NCBI GenBank assembly: GCA_029953675.1
Contig: JAMWBK010000007.1
Location: 2,046,001 to 2,110,000 of the forward strand
Reading direction: 5' to 3'
Length of the DNA stretch: 64,000 nucleotides
DNA from: Rhodosorus marinus CCMP1338
Taxonomy: Eukaryota > Plantae > Rhodophyta
Below the pieces are notes generated by a model. The model searched no databases and was not told the DNA's origin. It saw only the letters and a program-made list of their open reading frames with translations. The position numbers were made by a program, and so were the translations under genes. Every line of letters starts with the position of its first letter. The first letter of the stretch is position 1. This document shows positions 1 to 13,559 of the stretch, piece after piece.

Positions 1-1956
1 TCAGAGCGATCCGTGTGGGATGAAGCGTCGTCACAGATGCATAGACTGAATGCGGCAGAGAAGGACCTAAGGGCAGCTGAACTTGCCGTGAAAGAAGATC
101 AGTCATCTCTGAACTTGACGTGGTTGGAAAAAGCTTCTATTGACTTCGAGGCTGCTGGCGGCTTCAGCAAGGACGAGAAAATCGGGAATATGCTCACTGG
201 ATTGGGATTTTCGCGGAGCGACTGGTCTCGCAAATGCTCAGAACTTTCTGGGGGATGGGGTATGCGTGTTGCTTTGGCCCGATTGCTGCTCTCAGAACCG
301 GACGTACTACTTCTAGACGAGCCTACCAATCACCTCGATGTACGCACGAAAGCGTACTTGCGCTCATTTCTAATGCAGTACCCGTACTCCATTGTGGTTG
401 TATCCCATGATGCATTGGTACTCAATGACCTGAAGAGGATTGTTGATGTCCGTGGAGGGAAACTAGAGTTCTACACGTGCAACTACTCCAGATTCCTGCA
501 GATTAGAGACCAAAAGGACGAACAAGCGGTGAAGATAAGAGAAAAACAGGACGTGCAGGTGGAAAAACTTGAGGGATTCATCACCAGATTCGGAGCGAAA
601 GCGACGAAGGCGTCCGCTGCGAAGAGCAAGAAAAAAGCACTCGAAAAGCTTGAGTCAAAGCTCGTTGAAGCTCCAACCCCAACAGAAGGTAGAAGGGTAG
701 GTGTATACATGCTCTAGTCCAATCTACCGTACGTACGCGTTTTCGCTAACCCGCAATCCCCTGCCTCGTGCTCACCGCTTAGGCGAAGCTGAATATTCCT
801 ACGGCTCCTCCAAGCGCTAGGAAATGTGTTGAACTTACCGATGCAACCATCGGGTGGCCTGATGGACCCGTCCTCATTGAGAATGTTTCCGTAGTTCTCG
901 AGCGTGGTGAGAGGTTGGCCATTGTGGGCAAGAATGGTTGCGGAAAGAGTACCTTGATGCGCACACTGGCGGGACTGCTTCCGTTGCAGTCTGGAAAGCG
1001 TGTTCTCGGGGACGAGCGAGTTTCTATTGGCGTGTTTACGCAGGACTTGGCTGCTGATCTACCATTCGAAAAATCACCATTGGAATACAGTGAAAAACTT
1101 GCTCCGGAGAAAACTGTAGCTGAAATACGAAACGTGCTCGGTAGTCTTGGACTTTCTGGAGATTCTGCGCTTCGCGAAATCCAGTTCCTTTCTGGCGGCG
1201 AGAAGGCCAGGGTTGCCCTTGCTTCGTTTGTGATCTGCAGGTACGTGCCTTGCTGGAATTCAGTGGTACCCTGTCTAAGATGCTAACATGGCATGTCTTA
1301 TTTTTCTGGACCAGCTACAATGTTCTCATGTTTGATGAGCCCTCAAACCATCTTGATATGCAGACGGTCGAGGTTCTTGTAGAAGCCTTAGCAACATTCG
1401 ATGGAGCAATGGTCCTGGTAACGCACGACAGACGTCTCGTTGAGAAAATCGCGACACGAGTACTGGTCGTTGAGGAAGGAGGTAGCACACGCCTCTTTGA
1501 GACCCTGAATAGCAAGGTAATTGTTTCTTTTTTGAGGGCGGCGGTCTTTTTGTGAACAGCTGACTGAACGAGGCCTCATTTCGATTCGTGCATTGCGACT
1601 AGGCACTGTCTATGGTAACGGATTTATCGTCAGACGACGTTTCAAATCGTATGCTTCTGAAGAAGTCAGGAGAGGCTTCAGCAGAAGATCTCAAGATGGC
1701 TGAAGCTGAGACTGAGAATAGGCGGCAGAAAAAAGGGGCGGAAAAGGCAAGGAGACGGCTTCCAAATGTTGAGAAGAAAATTTCGAGCTTGGAGGAGACC
1801 ATGGCATCCCTTGAGGAAGATATGCTCAAATTCGGGGACCAAGCTGAGCGCCTAGCTGAGCTCATGGAGAAGCAGGGGGCTCTTCAGGCCGAGCTGGATG
1901 GCCTCTATGATGAATACGAGAGCTTGGAGGCGCAGCTGTTCCCGGCGACAAGCTGA
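1..1956 (+). CDS. ABC-F family ATPase (two ABC domains plus C-terminal coiled coil; YheS/Uup/ABCF5-like), 5' end outside the window
   Basis: Signature LSGGWGMRVALA, Walker B LLLDEPTNHLD, second domain GKNGCGKSTL, LSGGEKARVALA, MFDEPSNHLD, C-terminal helical tail ISSLEETMASLEEDML. In-frame GT-AG introns read at 697-782, 1241-1314 and 1517-1602. Confidence 0.93.
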
Positions 1957-2422
1957 GGAGAGTATACGTAGCCTAGTAACTATCTAACTGTAATGTATTT
2001 CTTTCACTAAAACAACGCACGGCGAAAGCAAAGGTTGATTTAACTCTCTATTGCATTTTCAGTCTCGGCACTTGGGCCGACTCGGCGGCCACTTCCGAAA
2101 ACGAAGTCCTCCCCGGAATAGCAACTTGTAAGTATACCACGACGAAGACATGTCGCTTGTACGTTTAGTAACACGGACTTGCGACAGCTCATCGCGAACT
2201 TGACCCGCGGTCGAGCTGCTGCTCACAAACAAGCAAAGGGTTTCCCCCGCTGTTCCAGGGATACTTATCTTTGCAATAAATAGATTCTAGATTTTTAATT
2301 TGTCAGTTGATATGTAATAAATAACCCCTCCCCATCACCCTACTACAACGGCTACTACAACAAGTCTTTGCTCACTGTCTTCGGAACGCCCTTGCGCGGT
2401 CCCTACTATGTTCAATTCTGCT

Positions 2423-3141
2423 TCAGAAATGCCCGCTCATCGGGACTCCATCGCATGCCGCGACCGCAATGTCGCGACGATTTATCATCCCTTTCTCAGC
2501 CAACATTACCTTCAGATGCAACGCGCTAAGGTCGTTTGACTGCATGGCTTCCGCGAAGATCCGCGACTCGTACAACGCAAACTCCTTAGGAGTAATCTTC
2601 AGATCAAAGTTGAGCTCTCTGAGCATGTGCAACTCAAGTACGTTCAAAATTTCCAGTGGGACCTCTGCCGCCTTCGAGAAACATCGGTTGCTCAACGGTT
2701 CATCGTCCAAATACTTCGACGAGATAACCAAAGCAGTGGCGAGCAGTCTCCTGAAGGTGAACGTCGTCAGTTGGAACCCCTTCAATCCTCGAAGTCGTAA
2801 GCGGTCTATGTACAAAAAAGCTGCTATAAGACTACTATACGAGCACATAGTTTGCTTTTGCAAACGAGAAACGAACTCAACAGCCGCGTTTTGTTTCTCA
2901 GCTTGACAATATATGGAATCCCGTGCATCACCCTACGCGACAAACAAGATCAAAAGCGACATCCACTGTGAGCCACCAACACTCCCACACTATCAAGAAA
3001 AATTCACACCATCACGAAGACTATGCAAGACCTTACCAATTTCCCACGCCCCATTCTCAATTTCAGCACACAGGTCAAGACAGGGACCGTCAACTTGCAA
3101 TGTACATCTCCCCCGTCCGACCTTCTCCGACTATCCAACAT
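2423..3141 (-). CDS. Pho80/P(U)-type cyclin
   Basis: SLIAAFLYIDRL...RRLLATALVISSKYLDDEPLSNRCFSKAAEVPLEILNVLELHMLRELNFDL is typical of the Pho80-like cyclin box. Exon 1 (3037-3141, MLDSRR...GKL) joins exon 2 (2423-2932) in phase 0 through a GTAAGG...TAG intron. Confidence 0.85.
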
Positions 3142-5056
3142 ATCCACAAACATATCGATTCTCACTTTTCAACTACACACGCACACACACTCACACACAC
3201 CCACAAAAAAGACACCAACCAAGCACTCCTTCAATTACAAATACTACACATTCTTAAACAAATTCCTTCCGTTACCTCAACCTCTTAATACCTTACACTA
3301 TATACTCTCCATCCGCTCTCCCCACCATCCGCCCACACCACTCCCAGCCAGCCCTTAGTTTTTATATACAGGTCGAAAATTCCAAACTTCTCCAAAACGT
3401 ATTTTTTATGCCACCGAAACCATCTAAAAATTAACCACAAAAAAAACAATATAAGCGCTTGAAGCACCCCAATAGTTCATCATTCGAACTGGACATAAGA
3501 TTCTTTTCCCCCTTTCCCCTCTCGTCGCTCCCGCGTCTTTCTTTCTTTTTTATTTGCAGCAGAGCGATGTTGCAAGTTATTTGGATCCAAGATATTCCCA
3601 TGGCCCTGGGTAAATCAAAACTTGATTTTGATATGTGAGCTGACATAAGCAACCACGCCTTAAATTCTACAAGTTTTAAGTTTCTGATAAATCCTTTACC
3701 CCTAAAACCGTACAACCTGATCTCCAGGGTCCAACAAAAGTGGACTTCAATTTTTCTTCTACAACCCGTTATCGTTTTGACACTTTTCCGACAATTCCTG
3801 ATCCTGATAAACTTTCCCCCCCCCCCTCCAACTACCCAACTCACAACACCCTCTACAGCACTGTTTGAGGCTATCAGCTACGTCTTTTCATTATTTCTCT
3901 TATTTGAAAAACTTCGCCGGCACCGCTCCCAGTTTGGATGACAAAATACGTAAGGGGGGTATAAATCACCTTCCAATTGAGTCGGGAGTTGAAAATATTT
4001 AAAAACTATGAAGTGATACAAATTATTCTCTCACCCAACTACACCTCACGTATCGATAGGAGGGGTGGGTGTCGGTACATGAATGGCCGGCTGTAGGGGT
4101 ATCAAATCGTCGTCTATTTATCGCTAGGAAATTGATTAGATAGCCAATCAAAACTCAGTAGTCAGTGTTTGGAATATTTCTATTGGATATCAAACATTAG
4201 TTCTAATGGCAATATTTTCTAGTATGTCTATTGTCACCACCAATGACATATCATGGAGAACGATTTTTCTTCGATTTTGAAGAGGTTTTGCATGGTCGCG
4301 CCCCCCCAATGGGCCTCGGACTATGGAATGTTTGCAAAAGAAAATTCGTCTAGACGATATTTCACATTGAGCGAATACTCACTGGAGGTGCTTCGATTCA
4401 TATTCAGAGAAAAAAGTGACGGTCATGAAACGTGAAAATATATATATGCCCCTTCAAGCTATAATCTCGACTATCTGAATATTCTTAAATGTTGAATTTT
4501 TACTAGTTATATTTTAATTCTTGACATCTCTCCTCCCCCCCTCCCCGTGAACCGGAAGAGGATTCGACGAGGTCTAACGCCCCCCCGCCGTTGACAACCC
4601 AAAATCAACAAAAAAACAAACCACCCTGGCGCCTCCTTGTCTCCTCACCAGTTAACGTTTTCAATCAAAAACATATTGAGATTTCATCTTCTAATCCTTT
4701 CCAAAGTACCATTTGAATATTTTCAATAAAACATGGGAGGAGGACTATAATGTATTTTTCATATTGTCGAATATGATACATCGTATTATTGGGAAATATT
4801 TTCTCAAAATATTTAGATGATATTGTTTTGACGGTATACGAGAAATCCTTCTTGGGTTGGAAGGAGGCGGATTGGGAGTTGAATGGAGGGTATTGATTGG
4901 TTTAATCGAAATGAAAAATATGAAAGTAATTGAATCGATTGCTTGGGGACAGCTCATAAATTTTTTTTTCTAAAGCGAATTGCGGGTTGATGAGGAACGC
5001 GGTGTGGCGGTAGTTCTGCTGAGTGCCTAACTGGCCTGTTGGGCAAGTGACCGGAA

Positions 5057-5681
5057 ATGGAGGAAGAAGTGAATGACGCTTGGAATGGATACCAAAATGT
5101 GGACTTTGGAGAGTTGCTTTCGATCCACATGAAAGCAACCCTTGAAAACATATGTCAGAGCGGGTCAGTCTAATCAGAGCTTCAACCACTTTCAAAAAAG
5201 CCAGTTACACAAGTAGACAGGAAGAAACCACTACCAGAAAAACTCTCAGCAAGACGAAAAACCAGCAAAAAGAACAACGTTTTTCAACGCAGACGGGCCG
5301 GATTCCAGGAGCAACGCAGGACTGCTGCTCGGACTGGTCGACAGCTCAAACAACGGAGCTGGAACACCCAGTTCGGAGGACCAGGCGCGTCCAAAGAGAA
5401 AGCATTCGGCCAGTACTAGAAGCATCAGCAAAGAATTCCATCACGAGGCCCAGCTACTCTCCCGAATCCATAATTTTAGAGTTTTCCGGTGAGCTAGTAT
5501 CTGCGCGTCTATGAGCTATGGGGAAAGTTGCTTCCAGTGTATTATGACTCTGAATAGTCAAGTGGTCGCGGCCGAAAGCTATCCTGCAAAAACAACAATC
5601 CAAAGCCGGGAGTCAGGAGCACTTGAAGCACTTACGGGTATAAGAGGCCCTTTGCCTGTTCTACGAGGCTCTTTGCATTAG
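5057..5681 (+). CDS. Hypothetical small spliced protein (not in the ORF track)
   Basis: ATG at 5057 (MEEEVNDAWNGYQNVDFGELLSIHMKATLENICQSG). Intron 5164-5220 (GTCAGT...ACAG) restores frame to KKPLPEKLSARRK...RIHNFRVF. A GTGAGC donor at 5489 and a TAG acceptor give a last exon ending TAG at 5681. G-rich leader upstream. No family recognised. Confidence 0.4.
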
Positions 5682-5885
5682 CCCAAAATCAGAAACGGAT
5701 AGGAACGACATAGTGAATCTGCAAGCCAGCACCAAACTAATTTACAATTGGTCCCAGTGAACTGCCAGTCGCTTTTACATACATTGTCTGGAATTTCGTT
5801 TCTGTTCTACGGACCGAGCCAAGATACGCTTCAAGACATACGTTAGTTCAACTAAAAGAGTTAGTTTCCGCCTGTTCCGGATTCG

Positions 5886-8607
5886 CTACGATTTGCTCTT
5901 CGGTGCAGCTTTCTTGGAGAGCTTCTTCTGGAGCTTTTTTAGCTTGTCTTTCCTCTTCAAGTTATCCAGTCCGTTGGATGCCTCTTTCGAAGATTTCCCG
6001 TTTTCGCTCTCCAGCCGCTCGCTAGATTTAGCCTTGACTTTCCTCTCCTTCTCAGCCTTTTTCGTCTTGACCCGGGCAGACTTGTCCTCGTCATTTGTAT
6101 TCTGCTCGCTGTCCACGGCTACCTCTTCCTTGATCCGGCGTCTGCCACGCGTCTTCTCGTCCTTATCTCGTAATCTCGTCTTTTTCTTGGCATCCTTGCT
6201 GGTCCCTGGCTTCGGCTTGGCTGGCGGTACTTGTACCTACCGTGGCACACAGGAAAATGGCAACTAAGTTCATAGATCAACTACGAGCAAGTTGCTCCCT
6301 GGCCCAACTCACATCCACAGTTTCGCTTTCTTCTCGCTTCTCAGCGTTTATGTCGTCAACCACGTGTTTAGAACGAACCCCATTCTTTGTCTTCTTCAGC
6401 TTGCAAATGAAGAAGCCGTCCAAGTTATGCACATGCGGATAAATTCGACGGGCCTCTAGCATTTGGTGGTTGAACCTCGTTCCCTTGAAGTTGACGAATC
6501 CGGGGACGCCAAACGGCAGTCCCGCCGGCACTATTTTGACAAACCTTTTCCGGAGCGCGTAATCAACGACTTCCTCATTTTCATCTACCATGAGAGAACA
6601 CGTCGAGTACACAACATAGCCTGTTCCAAATGTGAAGCATGTATTCCGTGAGCAGACGGGTCTTCGAGGTCTGTAGTACGTGGAGGCAGTCATCTTCCTG
6701 CGGCGCGTGCGTTTCTACTTACCGCCAGATGACGATTCTGCGTTGCAGGAGTCAATCGCAGCAAGGAGCAGCTGCTTCTGCAAGTGCACCGTTCTAGCGA
6801 TATCCTCATTTGTTCTCTGCGTTTTCACGGATGGATCGTGCGAGATGATTCCAGTGCCGGAGCATGGGGAGTCGAGTAAGACCCGGTCAAATCCTGGGAG
6901 TAGGTTGACATCACGTATTGTAAGCGCCTTCCGCCCCTTGCGTCCCGGGTGATGGAAAAACAAGTTTTACCTTTCATAACTTCCGGCAGTTTTCGTCCGT
7001 CATAGTGGCTGACAATCGTATTCTCAACCCCCATGCGCTGCAAGTTTCCAACTAATGCTTTGATCCGCTCCTTCTTTGCATCGTTTGCGATCAGAACTCC
7101 CTTGTTGTTCATTAGCGCTGCAATATATTGGGTCTTCCCTCCGGGAGCTGCCGCGACATCGAGTACGCGCTCGTCAGGCTGTGGGGCGAGCGCAATGACA
7201 GGCATAAAGCTCGAGGCTGCCTGAATCATATAGTGCCCAGCCAAGTACTCTGGGGTCGCACCCACCGGTACCTTTCATTCATCGGGAAGACGATTCAGCT
7301 TTTCCGCTCGCCACTGTGCCGGGCCCAGGAGAGAAGATCGTACCTGACTCTCAGACACCAATAGCCCAACTTTAGACCACTTGTCGATCGGATCGACGTT
7401 CACACCGCGACCGATCAGAGCCTGTGCCAGGTCGCGTCGTCTAGTCTTCAATGTGTTCGCTCGTATTGTCAACGGCCTGGGATTATCCATGGCTTCCATG
7501 AACTCAATGCATTGTTCATTGGGAAATATATCGAAAAACTACGTTGGTTTCCAACTGGTTAGGAATGAGATGTTGCAGGGGCAGACAGATCGGAGCATTG
7601 AAGCAGTGAAACGTGAATCAACGCACTCTTTCGGCCAACGACGGGATGTATGAGTACGTTTCTGCGAGATCCTCTATTATTTCCGCAACATACTCGGATC
7701 TGCTCTTGTCCGCGTCTCGGAGCTCCTTGAAATCCTTAAGGACAGCTAGATTTCTTCTCAGCCGCAAAGCAATCTCGTCTCTGCTAAGCTTCGCGTCTGA
7801 ACACAGTGGAGAGCGAGGGGAATGAGCATACGATGACGGTTGACGACAGTTGAGTTTTGGATCCGAAGCTCTGACGAGAGAGAATTGCGTTACCTCCCCC
7901 GGCAGTCGCACCGGACTCCAGACGAGCCTGTTTCTCCGTCTCCTCGATGTTAAAGCGCATTTCGTCATCGGCCTCTTTTCGAACTCGGTCGTCTTCTTCG
8001 TCCAGTTCCCGAGCTTGTTTTTCGACTTCAAGCTCCTCGAACTGGTCTTCATCATGGTCCTCGTCGTCATCCTGAATGAAGTGGAGGAGGAGGCAATATG
8101 GTAAGATCCTCCAGCCACAAGCGTTTCAGCAATCTATCCGTAGTAATCTCTTACCTCATCAGAGAGTAGCTGCTGCTTTCCATGCTTCGGTTTTAGCCAC
8201 GTGGCATTTTCGTCTGATATCAGGCCGCGACCAGGAACCTCCGCTCCCGAGTCCTCACTTTCCACGTCGTCAATTTCCACATTCTCATCTTCATCTTCAT
8301 CAAAATCCTCAATATCCTTCAAAACCTCCTTGTTCTTACCAGAACGCTGATCATCTCGATCAACATCTTCCTCTTCATCACTTAAATCCTCAGGAAACTC
8401 CTCACCACTCAAATCCTCATCTTCTACTTCAGTTATAACACTCTTCCTCTTCTTACGCTTCCCAACCTTCCCATCCTCACCACTACTACCTCTCCTCCTC
8501 TTCCCTTTCAAAACCTTCTTCTCCTCAACAAACTCACTCAAATGCTCCAATCCAGTCCCAATCACCTTCTCCCTCTTCCTCCTCTTACCTTTCCCAGTTC
8601 CCCCCAT
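5886..8607 (-). CDS. NOP2: Nucleolar rRNA cytosine-C5 methyltransferase NOP2/NSUN1, multi-exon
   Basis: [81 protein letters not shown]; acidic/basic N-terminus and Lys-rich C-terminus. Confidence 0.96.
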
Positions 8608-8804
8608 TTTTCCCTCAAACTCTTTCAAAACAAAACAAAAAACCTTCCTTCAAAATCAAACCTAATTCCACTCTCTCACTCTCCCCTCTCCCACACCCCC
8701 CCCCCCCACACCATTAAACAGCTCCCTCAATAAAAATGTCAAATGTCATCCAGACGGCGTTCACCCCGTCTCTCTCGGGCGGTGAACGCTCGCTTTTACA
8801 AACA

Positions 8805-9125
8805 CGTACTAACAAACGGAAAGGATAAAAATCAATCCAAAACAAAATAGTACGACACAAACTGTACTACCTTTTAGTAGTATCAATTAGTACACGGTTG
8901 GCGTACTACTTTTTAGTACGATAGTGCTTGTACGAATTGCTAGTACGATATTAACGAACTGTTTGTTAGTACGTGATTGATCGTACGAATTAATAGTACG
9001 ATATTAACGAACTGTTTGTTAGTACGTGATTAATCGTACGAATTAATACTACGATTCAAAGCGATTCTCGTACTAACGAACAGTACGACAATATCGTACT
9101 GTTTGTTAGTACGATCGGATTGTAC
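8805..9125. repeat. GTAC-rich composite repeat: 53-bp tandem duplication, 20-bp hairpin and 13-bp terminal inverted repeat
   Basis: Units 8941-8993 and 8994-9046 differ at one base. Hairpin arms 9069-9088 and 9094-9113. CGTACTAACAAAC at 8805 is the reverse complement of GTTTGTTAGTACG ending at 9113. I count 18 GTAC between 8806 and 9125. Confidence 0.9.
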
Positions 9126-9331
9126 TATTTGGGTGAGGGATAGGCGATGGAGATGGTGGTCGGGAAGGAGGAATGTACATATCGGGGATGTGGCGGATTT
9201 GGATTTGAATGGGGCGGGTGTGTAGGGTCGAATGGGAAGGATGTGATGTATAAGTGGATCGTTTTGGTATGAAGATGGAAATCTGAGGTACTTCAGTTTT
9301 TGATTGGGAGGTGGTTTGGTTGAGAGTAAGG

Positions 9332-11648
9332 ATGGGGGTATGGGTGCATGTGGCGGTTTTCTACTTTGGTGTTTCTCTGATGCGACGTCTATTGGGGAGC
9401 AGGAAGGAGAAGTCGCTGAATAAGCCTGCATGGGTTTTGTCGAAGGATGCGCCGGCGGCTGCTAGGAAGGAGACTGCGGTTTGGATGAACAGGATCCTGT
9501 CCAAGGTCTTTGAGAGCTGGATGGGCGAAGTGAGCGAGTTGACGCGGAAGAGTATTCAGGATGTTCTGGATGAGCTGAGCATCTTTGGCATCAGAAAGTT
9601 CACAATGACAAAATTCGATCTGGGAAATACGGCCCCTTATTTTAACAACTTCAGGTCTTATCCCCTTGCGGGGTCGATGACCACGCTCTCGTTGGATGGC
9701 GACATTCTGTGGGTCAACCCCGGCATGGAGGTGGAGATCGCGGTTGAACTCGACTTGAAGGTGGTGGGGATACCAATCAGGGCTTCGCTGAAGGACCTTA
9801 GTCTTCAAGCGACCACTAGATTGGTGTGCCTCTTAACGCTCTGTCCTCGAAATGCCCTGCTGATCTTATGTTTGAACGCCTCCACTCACACCCTGTCGTT
9901 TGCTGCTTCATGTAGAAGTTATCCATGAGGGAGGACGCGCAACCAGAGTCTGTGCTTATTGACATAATGCAGGAGCCCAAAGTGGAGTTCAACCTGTGCC
10001 TACAAGGAGCCGTCTTGGGAGCCGTATCCGATTTCGCACAGCGGAAGGTCAGCAGCGTCCTGTTTGAAAAACTACATCCTCTTCCAATCACCTTTACAAG
10101 TGAAACTCCTGACGAGGTACGCCGGCAAACTACTAGCTCGCTGGATACCTGTTTATGTGCTGGCTATCTAACCATCGATCAACGCTCCGCGTCGTCTCAT
10201 AAGGAAATGAAAATTGAGGAATTTAAAGACTACGTGTCCGTGCTCACAGGGCCAGAGGCGCTGAGCTTCCGCCCCAGTACTGAAGGCATCCTTTTGGTAA
10301 GCAGCGACATTTTTTTTCCTGGGTTAGGAACCCAGCGAGTAATTTGAACCAACGGATCTGAGAAGTTCTGCCCTCTTCGATGTCGGCATCTCCAACCCTA
10401 TTCGTTCGAGGTTGGAGAACGGCTCGAGTTTTTGCCCGTCTGAGACTGACTTCTGTCGTGGTTCGGTTCGCTTTTGTGGGGCTTAGATGACTGATTGCGT
10501 TATTGACGTTAGCAACTTTCACCGTCATGCGAAAGACACGAGTGTCTTTATCCAAGTGAGACTCGGATCCGCCAAGTATGTTTCCCAACGCGTGCGTGGG
10601 AACACTGGAGAGAGGTTCCAATTCGTGGACCGGATCAGGCTGTTTGTGCAGGATATCGAGACATCTGTATTGCAGGTTGAGGTTCTTGAGCACGGAGATG
10701 ATATTCTCGAACGGTTCCTAACGAGGAATAGAGTTGCGGCGTGGATTCCTGTAAAGGAGCTAATACATCCCGAGTGGCGAATTCACGATTTTGTCCTCAG
10801 ACCCTCCATTGCTGGCGTTCCTGGGAGGACCAAGTTCAGCAAAGGCAGAGCAACGTTTACGTTTGAGCCGTACAGTGACCTCAATGCACTCTTTCAGCGA
10901 GTCCTCGGTGAGGAGGAGGAAATAGGCATGGATCAGCCCCTGCTTACTCGAGAATCGAGACAAGTGTCCTTCATCGACTCGTTCATACAGGAGGACGCTC
11001 TAGGAGTGTGGGAGGTTACTGTCGTGGAAGGTATGTTGAGCCCACCCGAAAGGAACAGAAATGAGCGGAACCGTCCCTCACCTATTCAGAACCGTCACAG
11101 GCAAGAACTGGCCGACGGTTCAGAACGTTTTTCCGGGGTCAGCTCTAGCGTGTAGTATTCACTGCGCAGGTTCCCAGTCTTCATCAAGCAAAGTTGCTCC
11201 AGATGCGGAACCAACGTGGAACGATTGTCTGGAAGCATCAGCACTCTCATGGTCTACTCAACAGCTTCAATTCCATGCGGAGGTGCAAGCTCCTATGCGT
11301 CATGACAAGTCCATCGGTTCTACGACGCTATCGCTAACGCGTAAGGACAACCAAACAAAGAAATTTTCGCTGATCGTTGGCCTGATGCGAGAGGATTTTA
11401 TCTGATCTTTGGTTTTGCTTTGGCGACAACGAACGGCGACAGGTGTGGGTGACTTTGAACCAACTGAGCTCTGGTTGCGAATAGACCGGTCAACTGAAAA
11501 CGAGTTATCCAAACCGCTCTGGGTGAGAGTGTGGGTGTGCTTCAGAAGCAATTTCCAGAGATACAGATCGACATCCTTTGCAAACGGCATTAATCAACTT
11601 CAAATCAGACCAAATCACCGCCCGCTAGCTCGTCCTGCGGCACGATAG
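9332..11648 (+). CDS. SMP-domain / C2-domain membrane-contact lipid-transfer protein (synaptotagmin/tricalbin-like), multi-exon
   Basis: N-terminal hydrophobic segment, then PAWV...ETAVWMNRILSKVF...FTMTKFDLGNTAPYF...LDGDILW...LKDLSLQATTR (SMP), followed by C2-like beta segments (VFIQVRLG, VWEVTVVEG, EPTWNDCLE, IGSTTLSL). The 5' exon and some internal boundaries are uncertain. Confidence 0.8.
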
Positions 11649-12097
11649 GACAGTGGAATCCATGTAAAATAAAGAAGTTCTATTTAAGTGTTAACCATTA
11701 TCGCTACCTCGGCTCCAGCGGGGGCCTCAGCGTTAGCTTTGACACTGATGTCGACCCTAAACCCATCGGCTAGAATGCCATCATGAAGCTACGATCACAG
11801 CTAGAGTCTTAAGAGTTCTCTGAGGGATTCTCTCAAACAGACTCATTGTCTGATCGCTGATGACGTTGAGGGAAGCTGCTGCTGCTTGTTCAAGCCGTGG
11901 ATGCTGCGGTGTGTATAGGTTGAACCATGTGACCTGCTACGTGGACTCTATGAGTAAGCAGTTGTGTTTATGTCTTCAAGGGTACGAGAGTCGACATCAA
12001 GCCCCTCTCGAGTGGTTAGAAAGCCAGTCAACAAGCTGGTGTAGACGTGATTGGAAAGAGGGTGGGTTCTGGATGGTAGTGAGTAGTGTGAACTAGG

Positions 12098-13019
12098 ATG
12101 AGATCAGTGAATGGGTTAAGGAGATTTTTGTCTTTCGAATCTAGGCGATGGACGTCTTCGTCGTCGTCTGCGGCGGATTCAGAGCATCATCGAATAGCTC
12201 GATTTGCGGATTCGACAGGGCTCGGGCCGAAGAGGTTTTACAAGAATGCGGACGTGGACGCTTTGAAGCAAGGCTTGGGCTTTGTAGTTCGATTGGATAA
12301 AAAGGATTTAAGAACACCTCAGAGAAAAGCCTTGGCGGCTCCGAGCAAGGCTCTGGCGGTGGCTGTAGCTGCGGAATGGGATTGCCAGGGCGCCAGGGTG
12401 AGACCGTCATCGATGCCGGTTTATCAGCTTTTGGTGAACGCGCTGGATATTGTACCTTTTAACAGAGATAGCTCGACCCAGTCTTTGCTGAGGTATATCG
12501 ATACCGATACGGTGTGCTACAGAACTACGTATCCCATGTCGCTTGCGGAGGAGCAGGAACGATTGTGGGATCCAGTTGTTAAATACGTTCACGAAAAGTA
12601 CCAGATCAGCCTTCAAACAACAAAGGAGCTCACTGGGGTGGATCAAGCTCCGGAGGCCAAGACCAAGCTCAACAAATTGTTGACTGAACTCGACGATATT
12701 CGGTTTGCAGCGATGGAATCGGCTGTTGCGACCAGCAAGTCTTTTGCTATCGGATTGGCCCTGTTAGACGGCTTCCTCAACGCTGATCAAGCTGTAAGTC
12801 TCTACTGCAATCCTTACTTTGCAACACTGCTCTCCACGCTGACCCAAACGTCACCCGTATTCTCCAAGCCAGCTCGAAGCCGCCCGATGCGATGAGGAAT
12901 TTCAAGCCAGAGTCTGGGGCGAAGTTGAAGGTGGACACGACATGGACAGCGCTGATTGTCGCGTTAGACTCGCCGCAGCGTCAACAGTGTTCAGAACCTC
13001 CAAAGGAGTGCAGGACTAG
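12098..13019 (+). CDS. ATP12: Mitochondrial F1-ATPase assembly factor ATP12/ATPAF2
   Basis: GPKRFYKNADV, VRLDKKDLRTPQRK, AVAAEWDCQ, YIDTDTVCYR, WDPVVKYV, ATSKSFAIGLAL. Intron 12794-12872, then LEAARCDEEFQARVWGEVEGGHDMD to TAG at 13019. Arg/Ser-rich presequence-like N-terminus. Confidence 0.93.
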
Positions 13020-13559
13020 TCCTCCATGACAATAAGCAGCCACCGAAAAACGTACGCCTGGCTGGATTTCTTCGTCACGCAGGCGAACTCAGAGTTGAGG
13101 CCACGTTCTATCCTTTGAACAAACATCAGTGGCCAAGAGGGAATCAACTGATACGATCTGAGGCGGAGTCCTCAGCGATTCTTTTTCCTAGCATGCTGTG
13201 CTGTACCTAACTGATGACTGGCGCTGAGCGCTGAGTAAACATGTACCCCGTTTCTCGGCTGCTTCAAACTGTGTACACTAGGTTCGTTTCTTCTTATTCG
13301 ATGCCTCCGGTATCCTCTCAGACTTACGCAAACGAACGAATGATCACCAATTTTGTGAAATTTTCTCCTCATAAAAAAAAGCCCAATATCGGGGTGTAGC
13401 TGGGGCCCGGATGGTTGCTATATGGCTCTCCGCAAACCCGTTGTCTGCCGAGCTGCTGTCGATACTCATTTGCTTTGCTCCTGCAAGATTCAGCGATGTT
13501 CTCCAACAAATTTTCCCTATCATGAGCATAGAACCCTAGAGAGAATTGGCCAAACCCCA

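Noticed and set aside
8941-9113. CRISPR array or plasmid iteron-like origin
   Set aside because: No unique spacers between the repeats, no cas or rep gene, and the context is intron-containing eukaryotic DNA.
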